DNA of 60,641 nucleotides, counting the filler. It is 6 parts of 6 records of this genome, joined end to end, with 100 filler letters (N's around TTAATTAATTAA, not from the genome) between each part and the next. Parts side by side here need not be neighbours in the genome. Positions count along the whole stretch, not along the records: positions 1 to 16,670 come from DRR723986_10506; 5 more parts are not named here. One strand, given 5' to 3'. Made by a program: the position numbers and the translations under genes. This document shows positions 1 to 10,628 of this stretch, one piece after another. Position 1 is the stretch's first letter, and every line of letters begins with the position of its first letter. The notes under the pieces are model-generated. The model did no database searches. It was given only the letters and a program-made list of their open reading frames with translations, and was not told the origin of the DNA.

Positions 1-1
1 T

Positions 2-1510
2 CAGGAACCGATGACAGCCCTGAACCCGGTTTTCACAGTTGGGCGCCAGTTGACCGAAGGTCTGCGGGTCCACAAAAACATGTCCAAACGCGAAGCTGAG
101 GCCCGCGCCATTGAGCTGCTGCGCGAAGTACGAATCCCCGAGCCCGAGCGGCGCTTGAATCAATACCCGCACGAATTGTCCGGTGGCATGCGCCAGCGCG
201 TGGTGATTGCCATGGCGATGGCGTGCGAGCCACGCCTGTTGATCGCGGATGAACCGACCACCGCGTTGGATGTGACCATTCAGGCCGAAATTTTGGCGTT
301 GATGGACCGCCTTAAGCGGGAAACCGGCACGGCTGTGATGTTCATTACCCACGATATGGCGGTGGTCGCACAGATGGCCGACCGGGTTGTGGTTATGTTC
401 CGCGGCAACAAAGTCGAAGAGGGCACGGTTCAAGAGATCTTTGAGAACCCGACCCATGATTACACCAAAGCCCTATTGGCCGCGGTGCCAAAGCTGGGTG
501 AAATGACCGGCAAAGCGGCCCCTGAGCCGATGAAGTTACTGGGGGTTGAGGGGCAAAACCTGGATCCAATTCCCGGCACCGAAGACGTGCTTTTGCGGGT
601 CAAAGGTCTGACTACCCGATTTGAGGTCAAAGGGGGCTTTTTCCGTCGCACCGTCGCCAACGTGCATGCTGTCGAAGATGTATCCTTCACCATCAACAAG
701 GGGCAGACGCTGAGCCTTGTTGGCGAATCCGGCTGTGGAAAATCCTCGGCAGGGCGGTCGATTCTGCGGTTGGTTGAACCGATGGCGGGTGAAATCGATC
801 TGGATGGCACCGATATCATGCAATTGAACCAGAACGGCCTGCGTCAGGCGCGTCTGGATATGCAGATGATTTTTCAGGATCCGTTTGCCTCGCTCAATCC
901 ACAGATGCAGCTGTCCGATCAGGTAGCTGAACCGATGTGGAACTACGGCATGGGTTCTGCCAGCGATATCAATGCACGGGTCGAAATGCTGTTTGATCGG
1001 GTGCATTTGCCGCGCAGCTTTATGCGACGGTACCCGCACGAAATGTCTGGTGGTCAGCGGCAGCGGATTGCCATCGCCCGAGCGCTGGCTTTGAACCCGA
1101 AATTGATCATCGCGGACGAGGCGGTATCGGCGTTGGACGTGTCAGTACAGGCGCAGGTTCTGAACCTGATGATGGAGCTGCAGGCCGAACTGGGCCTGTC
1201 GTTCCTGTTCATCAGCCACGACATGGCCGTCGTCGAACGCGTCAGCCATCATGTGGGGGTGATGTATCTGGGGCGGATCGTGGAAATGGGCCCCCGAAAC
1301 CGGGTATTCGAAAACCCGCAACACCCCTATACGCAGGCCTTGATGAAGGCGGTTCCCATCGCGGACCCCAATCGTCGTAAGTCTGAAAAAGATCTGAATT
1401 TCAAACCGATTCCTTCGCCCATTCATCCGGTGGATCATGTGGTTGAACCCTCGGCTTATAATGAGGTTGAGCCGGGGCATTATGTTCTGACAACCGATAG
1501 CGGATACTGA
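2..1510 (+). CDS. Dipeptide/oligopeptide ABC transporter ATP-binding protein with duplicated ATPase domains (5'-truncated at window start)
   Basis: Two ABC signatures ([16 protein letters not shown]), Walker A GESGCGKS, Walker B IADE, and HPYT/HDYT C-terminal motifs. The frame is open from base 2. Confidence 0.95.
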   Translation, partial: QEPMTALNPVFTVGRQLTEGLRVHKNMSKREAEARAIELLREVRIPEPERRLNQYPHELSGGMRQRVVIAMAMACEPRLLIADEPTTALDVTIQAEILALMDRLKRETGTAVMFITHDMAVVAQMADRVVVMFRGNKVEEGTVQEIFENPTHDYTKALLAAVPKLGEMTGKAAPEPMKLLGVEGQNLDPIPGTEDVLLRVKGLTTRFEVKGGFFRRTVANVHAVEDVSFTINKGQTLSLVGESGCGKSSAGRSILRLVEPMAGEIDLDGTDIMQLNQNGLRQARLDMQMIFQDPFASLNPQMQLSDQVAEPMWNYGMGSASDINARVEMLFDRVHLPRSFMRRYPHEMSGGQRQRIAIARALALNPKLIIADEAVSALDVSVQAQVLNLMMELQAELGLSFLFISHDMAVVERVSHHVGVMYLGRIVEMGPRNRVFENPQHPYTQALMKAVPIADPNRRKSEKDLNFKPIPSPIHPVDHVVEPSAYNEVEPGHYVLTTDSGY

Positions 1511-1518
1511 GACATCTC

Positions 1519-2685
1519 ATGACAGACCGTTTGTCGCCCAAGGCGATTATGGACAAGCTGATTTCGTTTCCGACGGTCAGCCGCGATAGCAATTTGCCAC
1601 TGGTGGATTGGGTCGAATCCTATCTGGACAGCCATGGGATAGAATCACATCGTCACTATGACGAAAGCGGTGAAAAGGCGGCGTTGTTTGCCCATGTCGG
1701 CCCGTGGGTCGAAGGCGCGGTGATTCTGTCGGGGCACACGGATGTGGTGCCGGTTGATGGCCAGCCCTGGGACAGTGATCCGTTCACCGTGACCGAGCGG
1801 GATGGCAAATATTTCGGGCGCGGCACCTGTGACATGAAAGGGTTCGATGCGATTGCGATCTGGGCCTTGGTCGAGGCACAACACCGTGGCGTAAAGCGGC
1901 CTCTGCAATTGGCGCTCAGCTATGATGAGGAAATTGGCTGCACGGGGGCACCACCGATGATTCGTGCAATGCAGCCCGTTTTGCCCAAAGGATCTGCCGT
2001 GATCGTGGGCGAACCGTCGATGATGAAGGCGGTGACCGGGCACAAAGGCGGATATGGATATTCCACTCATGTGCAGGGGTTCGAGGTGCACAGCTCGCTG
2101 ATCCACACCGGGGTCAGCGCGATTATGTTTGCGGCCCCCTTGATTGAGTGGGCCAACCGAGGCAACGAAGCCAATCGCGACAAAGCCCCAGATGAGATTG
2201 CGGCGATGTTCGAACCCTCGTGGACCACGCTGCACATCGGTGTCATCGAAGGCGGCACAGCACAGAATATCACGGCCAAAGATTGCCGCTTTAGTCTGGA
2301 TATGCGTGTTGTTCCAAGCGAAAGCGCGGATGACTGGGGCGAGGCTTACAAAGCGCGGGTGCGCGAAATCGAATCCCAAATGCAGGCGATCCACCCCGAT
2401 ACCCGGATTGAAGTGGTGCAAACCTTTAATGTACCGGGCTTAAAGCCAGAAAAAGACGGTGAAGCCGAGGCGATTGTGCGCCAGATCACAGGCGATAATG
2501 AAAGCCATGTGGTGAGTTACGGCACCGAGGCCGGACAATTCCAGGAAGCGGGATATTCCGCCGTGGTGTGTGGTCCGGGCAGCATTGCACAAGCACACCA
2601 ACCCAATGAGTTTATCACGATTGCCCAGTTCCAAGCCGGCGTAGATTTTGCCGACCAATTGGTTGCGCGATTACAGGAGGGCTGA
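1519..2685 (+). CDS. argE: Acetylornithine deacetylase (M20A)
   Basis: SGHTDVVP, GRGTCDMKGF, YDEEIGC, GEP, YGTEAGQF and AHQPNE motifs. Confidence 0.9.
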   Translation: MTDRLSPKAIMDKLISFPTVSRDSNLPLVDWVESYLDSHGIESHRHYDESGEKAALFAHVGPWVEGAVILSGHTDVVPVDGQPWDSDPFTVTERDGKYFGRGTCDMKGFDAIAIWALVEAQHRGVKRPLQLALSYDEEIGCTGAPPMIRAMQPVLPKGSAVIVGEPSMMKAVTGHKGGYGYSTHVQGFEVHSSLIHTGVSAIMFAAPLIEWANRGNEANRDKAPDEIAAMFEPSWTTLHIGVIEGGTAQNITAKDCRFSLDMRVVPSESADDWGEAYKARVREIESQMQAIHPDTRIEVVQTFNVPGLKPEKDGEAEAIVRQITGDNESHVVSYGTEAGQFQEAGYSAVVCGPGSIAQAHQPNEFITIAQFQAGVDFADQLVARLQEG

Positions 2686-2686
2686 A

Positions 2687-3850
2687 ATGCCAATTAAGAA
2701 TCGTCTGGCCGAAATGCATTCAGAAATTACCGGCTGGCGTCGGCATCTGCACACCAACCCAGAATTGCTTTTCGATGTGCACCAAACCGCACAATTTGTT
2801 GTTGATCGGCTGACAGAATTTGGCGTCGATGACATCACGACCGGCGTCGGGCGGACCGGCGTTGTGGCGATGATCAAAGGCCGGACAGATACCAAAGGTC
2901 GGGTCATTGGCTTGCGCGCGGACATGGATGCGCTGCCTATCGAAGAGGCCACCGGGCTTGATTATGCCTCGCAGGTTCCGGGGAAAATGCACGCCTGCGG
3001 ACATGATGGACACACGGCAATGTTGCTCGGGGCGGCCAAATACCTGTCTGAGACGCGCAATTTCGATGGAACGGCTGTGCTGATCTTTCAACCCGCCGAA
3101 GAAGGTGGCGGCGGCGGCAAAGAGATGTGTGATGACGGCATGATGGATCGCTGGAACATCCAAGAGGTCTATGGCCTGCACAACACGCCGGGTCTGCCTG
3201 TTGGTGAATTCGCAATTCGTCCCGGGGCGCTCTTGGCCTCGTCGGATGAGTTCGAAATTACGGTGACCGGGCAGGGCGGCCATGCTGCCGCGCCACATGA
3301 GGCGATCGATACAACACTGGTCGCGGCGCAGATCCTGATTTCGTTGCAGACGATTGTGTCGCGCAACGTCAATCCGGTGCAGCGGGTGGTTCTGACGGTT
3401 GGCACCTTTGAAACCGACAGCGTGGCCTCGAATGTGATTGCCCATACGGCCCGTTTGAAAGGCACTGTTCGGACGCTGGACCCCGAAAACCGCGCGTTGG
3501 CTGAGGCTCGTGTGCGGCGCGTGGCAACTGACACGGCGTCGGCTTTTGGGGCACAGGCCACGGTGACTTGGGATACTGGGTATCCAGCGACGATCAACAC
3601 CGAGGCCGAAACCGAATTCGCTGCCGAGGCCGCGCTCGCGGTTGCAGGCAAGGTCGATGATGACGTGGATCCCATCATGCCGTCCGAAGATTTCGCCTAT
3701 ATGCTTGAAGAGCGCCCGGGTGCTTATATCTTTCTTGGTAATGGGGACACGGAAACCTGTCACCACCCCGCCTATAATTTCGAAGATGAAGCAATTCCCG
3801 CTGGTTGCAGCTGGTTTGCTGAATTGGTCGAACGACGAATGCCTGTTTAA
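2687..3850 (+). CDS. M20 aminoacylase/hippurate hydrolase-like amidohydrolase, paralog 1
   Basis: LRADMDALP, MHACGHDGH, FQPAEEG, SEDFAY and HHP motifs. The ATG at 2687 follows an AGGAGG RBS. Confidence 0.92.
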   Translation: MPIKNRLAEMHSEITGWRRHLHTNPELLFDVHQTAQFVVDRLTEFGVDDITTGVGRTGVVAMIKGRTDTKGRVIGLRADMDALPIEEATGLDYASQVPGKMHACGHDGHTAMLLGAAKYLSETRNFDGTAVLIFQPAEEGGGGGKEMCDDGMMDRWNIQEVYGLHNTPGLPVGEFAIRPGALLASSDEFEITVTGQGGHAAAPHEAIDTTLVAAQILISLQTIVSRNVNPVQRVVLTVGTFETDSVASNVIAHTARLKGTVRTLDPENRALAEARVRRVATDTASAFGAQATVTWDTGYPATINTEAETEFAAEAALAVAGKVDDDVDPIMPSEDFAYMLEERPGAYIFLGNGDTETCHHPAYNFEDEAIPAGCSWFAELVERRMPV

Positions 3851-3864
3851 GGAGAGAGAAACAG

Positions 3865-5028
3865 ATGCCTGTCAAGAACCGCTTTGCAGAAATGCAGCCC
3901 GAGATCACCGCATGGCGCCGTGATCTGCATGAAAACCCCGAAATCCTGTTCGAAACACATCGCACCAGCGCTGTAGTTGCCGAAAAATTGCAAGAGTTCG
4001 GGTGTGATGAGATCGTAACAGGCATCGGGCGGACAGGTGTTGTCGGCGTGATTAAGGGCAAATCTGACAGTGCTGGTAAGGTGATCGGCCTGCGGGCTGA
4101 CATGGATGCCCTGCCTATTCATGAGCAGACCGGGCTTGAGTATGCGTCGAAAACCGATGGGGCGATGCATGCCTGTGGCCACGATGGACACACAGCCATG
4201 TTGTTGGGCGCCGCCAAGTATCTGGCAGAGACCCGCAATTTCGACGGCACCGTTGTTGTGATTTTTCAACCCGCCGAAGAAGGCGGCGGTGGCGGCAAAG
4301 AGATGTGCGATGATGGCATGATGGACCGTTGGAATATCCAAGAGGTTTACGGCATGCACAATTGGCCGGGCAAACCGACCGGCAGCTTTTCGATCCGTCC
4401 AGGAGCCTTTTTCGCGGCGACAGATCAGTTTGATGTCACGTTGGAAGGCCACGGCGGTCACGCGGCTAAGCCTCATGAGACCGTTGATACAACAGTGATG
4501 GCGGCGCAAACCGTTATGACATTGCAGACGATCGCATCACGCAATGCCGACCCTGTGGATCAGATCGTGGTGTCGGTCACGTCTTTTGAAACTTCGTCCA
4601 AGGCGTTTAATGTCATCCCACAGCGGGTGCAGATCAAAGGCACTGTGCGCACCATGAGCGGTGAGATGCGTGATCTGGCTGAAAAGCGGATCAAGGAAAT
4701 CTGTGCCGGTGTCGCCACGACTTTTGGCGGTACAGCAGACGTCACGTATCACCGGGGCTATCCCGTCATGGTCAATTCTGAAGAGCAGACCCAGTTTGCC
4801 GCGGATGTTGCCCGCAGCGTATCCGGGGATTGCGAAGACGCGGATCTGGTCATGGGTGGCGAAGATTTCGCTTTCATGCTCGAAGAGCGCCCCGGCGCCT
4901 ATATCCTTGTCGGCAATGGCGACACTGCAATGGTCCATCACCCCGAATACAACTTCAACGACGAAGCTATTCCAGCTGGATGCAGCTGGTGGGCCGAAAT
5001 CGTGGAACAGCGGATGCCTGCCGCTTAA
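3865..5028 (+). CDS. M20 aminoacylase/hippurate hydrolase-like amidohydrolase, paralog 2
   Basis: Same M20D motif set as paralog 1 (GEDFAF, VHHPEY), with an AAGGAG RBS upstream. Confidence 0.92.
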   Translation: MPVKNRFAEMQPEITAWRRDLHENPEILFETHRTSAVVAEKLQEFGCDEIVTGIGRTGVVGVIKGKSDSAGKVIGLRADMDALPIHEQTGLEYASKTDGAMHACGHDGHTAMLLGAAKYLAETRNFDGTVVVIFQPAEEGGGGGKEMCDDGMMDRWNIQEVYGMHNWPGKPTGSFSIRPGAFFAATDQFDVTLEGHGGHAAKPHETVDTTVMAAQTVMTLQTIASRNADPVDQIVVSVTSFETSSKAFNVIPQRVQIKGTVRTMSGEMRDLAEKRIKEICAGVATTFGGTADVTYHRGYPVMVNSEEQTQFAADVARSVSGDCEDADLVMGGEDFAFMLEERPGAYILVGNGDTAMVHHPEYNFNDEAIPAGCSWWAEIVEQRMPAA

Positions 5029-5055
5029 GCGCTCAGAACACGCCGAACCTAAAAG

Positions 5056-5087
5056 AAAAGGACCGCCTGTCTGGGCGGTCCTTTTTT
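5056..5087. terminator. Bidirectional intrinsic terminator
   Basis: AAAAGGACCGCC-tgtctg-GGCGGTCCTTTTTT between convergent genes, with A and T runs on either side. Confidence 0.9.
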
Positions 5088-5111
5088 ACATGTTGTTAGG
5101 GCTTCAGCCGC

Positions 5112-6155
5112 CTAATCTTGGGCCCAAAGCGCGTCGTACACTGCATTGATTCCTGCGGCCTCACGCGCTGAACTGAATCCGTTCACGGCGATATCCCGTG
5201 CCGCGCGGCTAAGTGATGCGTGGCGGTCAGGCTCACTCAAGATCGCAAGGGCCGCTTCGGCGGCATCCTCTGGGGCTACTAACGGCACGATCACCCCTGA
5301 CTTTCCCTGAGACGAGAATGCGCGGTAATACCCTGCCTCGCTGCCAACAAACGGTACGCCACTGGCCATACCCTCCAGCGGGGCCATGCCGTATCCCTCG
5401 TATCGGGGCAGTTGCATAACCAACGACACTCCCCTCATCACTGCAGGTAGATCGGCGGCGGGTATTTCGCCAGGAAACAGAATGCGATCACTCAAACCGG
5501 CCTTGGCGATGCGATCCTGCAAGGTTTTTTGAAAGGCATCGTGTTTGCCACCAGCTCGCCCGATCACCAGAGCAACCGCGCCGGGTAGGTTGGGTAGAAG
5601 GCGCAGCATCGCGTCCACAAAAACATCTGTCCCCTTTTCAGGGCGAATGCGACCAACCGTTGCAATGCCCAAAGTTCCGCCATACCCGAGCTGTTGCCAT
5701 GTTGTGGCGCGGTCGTCGGCTGGGGTGAACACATCGGTATCGACTCCATGGGGGACAACAGCGCGTACATGCGGAACAAAGTCTGCGGCGCGTTCTGTGG
5801 TTGCAACCACGGCGTCCATCCGGCTGATCAGCCAGCGCGGATAGCTCGAATGACGGCGCTGCGCGGCAGAGGTAAATACGATACGGATGGGCAAACGCAG
5901 GACATCGCGCGCCCAGATCGCGACTCGCATTTCAGGATTGCGGCGCACGTGCCAAATCGAAAAGGGCTTGTTGGTGGGGGGCTGCTGGGATTGCTTGCGC
6001 GCTGTGGCGGCTGTAATCGGCGTCGGGCATCCGGGCAGCGCATGGCCGACCAATTGCATGTCGAACTGGTTTGATTGCTGTCGAACAACGTTGGCAGCCG
6101 TCGCCGAAACCCCGGTAAAATTGCGATTGAAGTTTGTGACGTAAAGTTCGGCCAT
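5112..6155 (-). CDS. GT4 glycosyltransferase, LPS core (LpcC-like)
   Basis: GRIRPEKG and EGYGMAPLEGMASG GT-B motifs, and the N-terminal NFNRNFTGVSAT. It lies directly downstream of the Kdo transferase. Confidence 0.85.
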   Translation of the reverse strand: MAELYVTNFNRNFTGVSATAANVVRQQSNQFDMQLVGHALPGCPTPITAATARKQSQQPPTNKPFSIWHVRRNPEMRVAIWARDVLRLPIRIVFTSAAQRRHSSYPRWLISRMDAVVATTERAADFVPHVRAVVPHGVDTDVFTPADDRATTWQQLGYGGTLGIATVGRIRPEKGTDVFVDAMLRLLPNLPGAVALVIGRAGGKHDAFQKTLQDRIAKAGLSDRILFPGEIPAADLPAVMRGVSLVMQLPRYEGYGMAPLEGMASGVPFVGSEAGYYRAFSSQGKSGVIVPLVAPEDAAEAALAILSEPDRHASLSRAARDIAVNGFSSAREAAGINAVYDALWAQD

Positions 6156-6157
6156 GC

Positions 6158-7456
6158 TTACAATTCTAGCTCTTGGCACAGGGTGTCGATCACCGAATCC
6201 AATGCGCTCTTTTGTATGTTCACATAAGCGCGTGCCGCTGAACACGCGACCGCAAAGTCGGTCTGATCGGCCAACCAGTGATTTACAGCGTCAGTTAGGG
6301 CGTTCGCATCTGACACTTTGACAGCGCCCCCTTCGGCGATCATCGCATCAAAGGTTTCCGCAAAGTTGAAAAATCCCGGTCCGGTTATGACAGCAGCCCC
6401 GGCTTGTGCGGTTTCAAACGGATTGTGACCCCCGATATCTTGCAAAGATCCACCCAGAAACACCAGCGGACAAAGCGCATACCATGTTCCTGTTTCACCA
6501 AGGGTATCGGCCAGATAGACGCCGGTCTCTGGTGTAAGTTCTTCGTGTTGCGACCGTTGGGCACATGCGAACCCGGCGTTTGCGATCAATTGTCGCACGT
6601 CTTGGCCACGGTCTGGGTGTCGCGGGATCAAAAGCAAAAGCAAATCAGGGTGCCGCTTACAAAGAGCCCGATGGGCTTGCAACACAACCTCTTCCTCGCC
6701 CGCGTGCGTCGAACTTGCGATCCAGACGGGTCGGTCGCCAATGCTTTTGCGCATCCGGGCGCACAACACTTCGTCGACAGGCAGCGGACCAGCCAATGCT
6801 TTGAGATTGGTGCCGGGTTTCACACGCTCTGGAACGGCCACCATTGCGCGCAGATTATCTGCGGTTTTTTGGTTTTGCGTAAGAAAAAGATCGAATTGCC
6901 CCAGAATGAACCGCGCTGTGTCTGGGAACCGCTGCCATCCCTTAACGGATTTATCCGACAGCCGGGCGTTCAGCAGGGCCAATCGCACACCGGCTTTGCG
7001 TCCTTTGACCAGCATTTGCGGCCACAGTTCGCTTTCTACAAATATCCCGGCGTCAGGGCGCCAATGGCGATAGAACCGGTTCACCGGACCATTGGCATCC
7101 AGCGGTGGATATTGATGACGTGTGCGCGGCGGCAGGCGCTTAGCAATCAAGGCGGCTGATGTCGGTGTCCCGGATGTGATCAGAAATTGTGCCTTTGGCA
7201 GACGTTCACCCATCCGGGTGATTAAGCTCAGCACCGACAGGCTCTCTCCTACGCTGGCGGCGTGGAACCAGATCAGCTGCCCGGCGGGTCTGGACTGACT
7301 AGCAACCCCCAAGCGTTCGTGCTGGCGTTCTGTCGGTACATCCGCCCGACGCAGTTTCCGGGCCACGGAATACCACGCAAACGGCGCCAGGACCGCAGAT
7401 ACCGCACGATAGACATAATAAAGCAGCGTCGCCTTGCCGCCGTCAGGCCGGGACAT
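6158..7456 (-). CDS. waaA: 3-deoxy-D-manno-octulosonic acid (Kdo) transferase
   Basis: WFHAASVGE, ESELWP, ASSTHAGEE, PRHP, DTLGE and GGSL..GGHNPFE motifs. Confidence 0.95.
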   Translation of the reverse strand: MSRPDGGKATLLYYVYRAVSAVLAPFAWYSVARKLRRADVPTERQHERLGVASQSRPAGQLIWFHAASVGESLSVLSLITRMGERLPKAQFLITSGTPTSAALIAKRLPPRTRHQYPPLDANGPVNRFYRHWRPDAGIFVESELWPQMLVKGRKAGVRLALLNARLSDKSVKGWQRFPDTARFILGQFDLFLTQNQKTADNLRAMVAVPERVKPGTNLKALAGPLPVDEVLCARMRKSIGDRPVWIASSTHAGEEEVVLQAHRALCKRHPDLLLLLIPRHPDRGQDVRQLIANAGFACAQRSQHEELTPETGVYLADTLGETGTWYALCPLVFLGGSLQDIGGHNPFETAQAGAAVITGPGFFNFAETFDAMIAEGGAVKVSDANALTDAVNHWLADQTDFAVACSAARAYVNIQKSALDSVIDTLCQELEL

Positions 7457-7457
7457 C

Positions 7458-8465
7458 TCAGCCGCCTGTGTGGCTCATGTGGCGGGTCATCTGACCATCG
7501 GCACGTTGGCGAGAATAGTCAAAGTCATGGCCTTTGGGTTTGTGCTCAATAGCGGCACGAATGGCTTGTTCCAAAGGCTCTTCGGTAGTGGGGTGATCAC
7601 GCAACTGCGCACGCAGATCCACCATGTCCTCTTGACCAAGGCACATATAGAGCTCGCCGGTGCAGGTCAGGCGGACCCGGTTACAACTTTCGCAAAAATT
7701 ATGGCTTAGTGGGGTAATGAACCCGATCTTTTGCCCGGTCTCTTCGAGGCGAACGTACCGTGCAGGCCCACCCGAACGTTCAGCCAGATCGGTGATCGTG
7801 TAATGCTCAGCATAGCTTTTGCGGACATCGGACAGCGACCAGTATTGATCCAGACGATCCTCATTACCTATATCGCCCATAGGCATGACTTCGATCCACG
7901 TCAGATCCATATCACGCTCAGCGCACCACTGGGTAATTGTGGGCAGTTCGTCTTCGTTGAACCCTTTGAGGGCGACGGCGTTGATCTTTACGCGCAGACC
8001 CGCCTTTTGAGCCGCATCAATACCGCGCAGAACCTGCGCCAGACGGCCCCAACGGGTAACATCCGCAAACTTCTTCTCGTCCAGCGTATCAAGCGAAATA
8101 TTCACGCGCCGCACACCAGCGTTATATAGGTCTTGCGAAAATCGCTCCAGCTGGGATCCATTGGTCGTAAGCGTGAGTTCTTTCAGCGCGCCGCTTTCCA
8201 GATGCCGTGACATGCCTTGGAAAAAGGTCATGATGTTACGGCGCACAAGGGGTTCACCGCCGGTGATCCGCAGCTTTTCGACCCCCATACCGATGAAGGT
8301 GGAACACATACGATCCAGTTCCTCCAACGTCAGCAGTTCCTTTTTCGGAAGAAAGGTCATGTTTTCCGACATGCAGTAAACACAGCGGAAGTCACACCGG
8401 TCCGTTACAGAAACACGGAGGTATGTGATGGCGCGGGCGAAGGGATCGATTAGCGGAGCTGTCAT
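7458..8465 (-). CDS. moaA: GTP 3',8-cyclase (molybdenum cofactor biosynthesis)
   Basis: Radical SAM CxxxCxxC (CDFRCVYC), TGGEP, C-terminal [10 protein letters not shown], and the terminal GG. Confidence 0.97.
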   Translation of the reverse strand: MTAPLIDPFARAITYLRVSVTDRCDFRCVYCMSENMTFLPKKELLTLEELDRMCSTFIGMGVEKLRITGGEPLVRRNIMTFFQGMSRHLESGALKELTLTTNGSQLERFSQDLYNAGVRRVNISLDTLDEKKFADVTRWGRLAQVLRGIDAAQKAGLRVKINAVALKGFNEDELPTITQWCAERDMDLTWIEVMPMGDIGNEDRLDQYWSLSDVRKSYAEHYTITDLAERSGGPARYVRLEETGQKIGFITPLSHNFCESCNRVRLTCTGELYMCLGQEDMVDLRAQLRDHPTTEEPLEQAIRAAIEHKPKGHDFDYSRQRADGQMTRHMSHTGG

Positions 8466-8555
8466 GCTACATAGGTAAAGCGGAGCCCCGCCAGCGGCAA
8501 GGGCTATGTGCCTTTTGGCTGGCGCGTTAGTCTGGCCACGGCTAGGGTCCAAGAC

Positions 8556-9002
8556 ATGAGATATATTCTGTGCTTAAGCTTCGTTTTGATTGCTGGTTGT
8601 GACCAGATCCGTTCCACCAAAGACCGGCTGTTTCAAAAGCCGCCGGTCGAATCGACTGTTGTCGATCCGGAAACGGGCCCTGTAGAAGAGGTGCCCGCAG
8701 TTGAGCCAACCGACGACGCGTCGGCTGGACCTGTGGCGTCGAATCCCGGTTGGGAAGGGAGCAAATCCACCGTTGCTGGTCTGGGCGATCCAACCAAGGC
8801 GGGGCGTTGGATGGAGACTCCAATAGTGAGCTCGGAAATCAACGGACGTATCGTGGCACGCAAAACTGGTGCTTCGGCCTATGTGACCCTTGTTCCAAGC
8901 GGTGGCGCGCCAACTTCGGGTAGTCATTTGTCCTTGGATGCCATGCGTGCGCTGTTGGCGCCTTTGGATGAGCTTGTTGAGATAGACGTCTATTCTAACT
9001 GA
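8556..9002 (+). CDS. Conserved hypothetical lipoprotein (Roseobacter-type)
   Basis: Lipobox LIAG-C after a hydrophobic signal, then a Pro-rich linker and a C-terminal globular domain (TVAGLGDP...W.ETP). Confidence 0.7.
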   Translation: MRYILCLSFVLIAGCDQIRSTKDRLFQKPPVESTVVDPETGPVEEVPAVEPTDDASAGPVASNPGWEGSKSTVAGLGDPTKAGRWMETPIVSSEINGRIVARKTGASAYVTLVPSGGAPTSGSHLSLDAMRALLAPLDELVEIDVYSN

Positions 9003-9676
9003 TTTTTTAGGAATCTAAATGCCTCTTTGCGGGCGAAGGGTTTCATTGCCTCGCCATGCTTGTCCAAGAAATCCACAACGCGCTGCGCGTCGTGCTTTGA
9101 CAGCTCGCGCAGCCACCACGCGATGGCTTTCTGAATGAACCAATCCCGATCCGGAACATAAGACGCAGCCCATCCCAAAATGCGATCACGGTGTTCCAGA
9201 TCGGCCTCTGACGGGTGGTTCTGTTTTGTCCAAGGCAGGGTGGCAACCAAGGCCGCGCGGCGTGTCCACATATGCTCGGACTCGGTCCATTCCTGTACTT
9301 GATCTAGGCGCGTTGGATCGGCTGTCAGACGTTTCTGGGCCGCCATGCAGGTGTGATCTGCAATCGCCCAACTGTCGAAATCCGGGAGCCATGATTGCAG
9401 CAAGGCCCACGCCCCGTCGTCGGGTCTGATCCGGGCTTGGGTCAGTAATTTTGCGGCTGCCAGCCGTGCTTCGTAGATGTCGGTTTTCCACAATTCGTCA
9501 GCCAAACTCACCCGATCGTCGACCGTCAGGCTTTGCCGCCAACTTTTTGTCAGGTCGTTGATCACAGGATTCGGCACGCCGATGTATGCGCGCGAGGCCT
9601 TGTGATAGGCCGCCATGCCTTTGGCACGCTCGGGGTCGGCGTGGGCTTTGATCTGGTCAAGGTGATCTGTCAGCAT
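8990..9676 (-). CDS. DNA alkylation repair protein (AlkD-like HEAT-repeat glycosylase family)
   Basis: DSWAIAD, WTRR and WFIQKAIAWWLRE motifs typical of the AlkD family. Confidence 0.85.
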   Translation of the reverse strand: MLTDHLDQIKAHADPERAKGMAAYHKASRAYIGVPNPVINDLTKSWRQSLTVDDRVSLADELWKTDIYEARLAAAKLLTQARIRPDDGAWALLQSWLPDFDSWAIADHTCMAAQKRLTADPTRLDQVQEWTESEHMWTRRAALVATLPWTKQNHPSEADLEHRDRILGWAASYVPDRDWFIQKAIAWWLRELSKHDAQRVVDFLDKHGEAMKPFARKEAFRFLKNQLE

Positions 9677-9711
9677 GGAGAAGGGGCCTTATTCAGCGAG
9701 GAAGAGAAGGG

Positions 9712-10260
9712 TTATGCGCCCGTTGGAACATCTGTGTCCATCCCATCAATGGTTTTGGTGTTCTTTTCCACCCAATAGTCGCGCAATTCGTCGTCTGACT
9801 TAGCGTCGACCCATTTCTGCATCGTGTCTCGCTCGGACTGATACTCCATGAAGGGCACCGCGTAGCCGCACGAGGTTTGCACCATGTCAATTGAGAGGTC
9901 GAAAATCTGCCGTGCGCTGCGGTGAGCCGGGAAATGCGCTGCCAGTCTCGGCCAGCCGGCATCGTTGGTGTGGTATGTGCGTGCCGTGCCATAGGCGCGT
10001 AAGATGAGCGGGCGCGTGGTGAACGAACACCACATCAAGGTCATGCGCGGTGTGTCTCGCAAATGCCCGGCTGTTTCGTTGCCGCTGCCCGTTAGGTTCA
10101 TCCACAAGATTCTGTTGGGTCCAAGTATCCGAAGGGAATCCATTCCTTTGGGGGAAAGGTTTACACGCCCATCGCGTGCGGCAGACCCAGTGAAAAAGAT
10201 GTGCTGCTCACCTATGAAGTCCTGATGAGGCGTCTCCAGTTTTTCAAATTGCTTGGCCAT
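9712..10260 (-). CDS. Pyridoxamine 5'-phosphate oxidase-family FMN-binding protein
   Basis: NLSPKG, LTGSGNET, QTSCGYAVP and N..TIDG motifs. Confidence 0.88.
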   Translation of the reverse strand: MAKQFEKLETPHQDFIGEQHIFFTGSAARDGRVNLSPKGMDSLRILGPNRILWMNLTGSGNETAGHLRDTPRMTLMWCSFTTRPLILRAYGTARTYHTNDAGWPRLAAHFPAHRSARQIFDLSIDMVQTSCGYAVPFMEYQSERDTMQKWVDAKSDDELRDYWVEKNTKTIDGMDTDVPTGA

Positions 10261-10628
10261 GTCGGTCCCTGTTTCAGAAGAGTGCGTTCGCGTTGGTCAA
10301 AGCCTGCACGGACTGGAGAATGAACACAATAATTACGAGAGCTGTATGGTGCTCCTGTGTCCAAGTGAGAGGCGGATTGGAGTTTTTTTTCGTCAGTAGG
10401 TGGTTTAGATTGAGTGTCTTTTTAGAACCTTTGTGTGTGATTTATTTCAGAAAATTCAGAAATGCATATACTTTTACGACTTTATTGCACCTGAGCCTCC
10501 TGCGGTACGGTTTTGGCATCCATGTGCTGATTTTCTTTGTGTTTCACATGGTTCAGACGTATCCCGATCCTAGAAAAATCAACACATGCATGAATGCTCA
10601 TGTGGCGGCAACGAAGTGGGGGAGCGCG

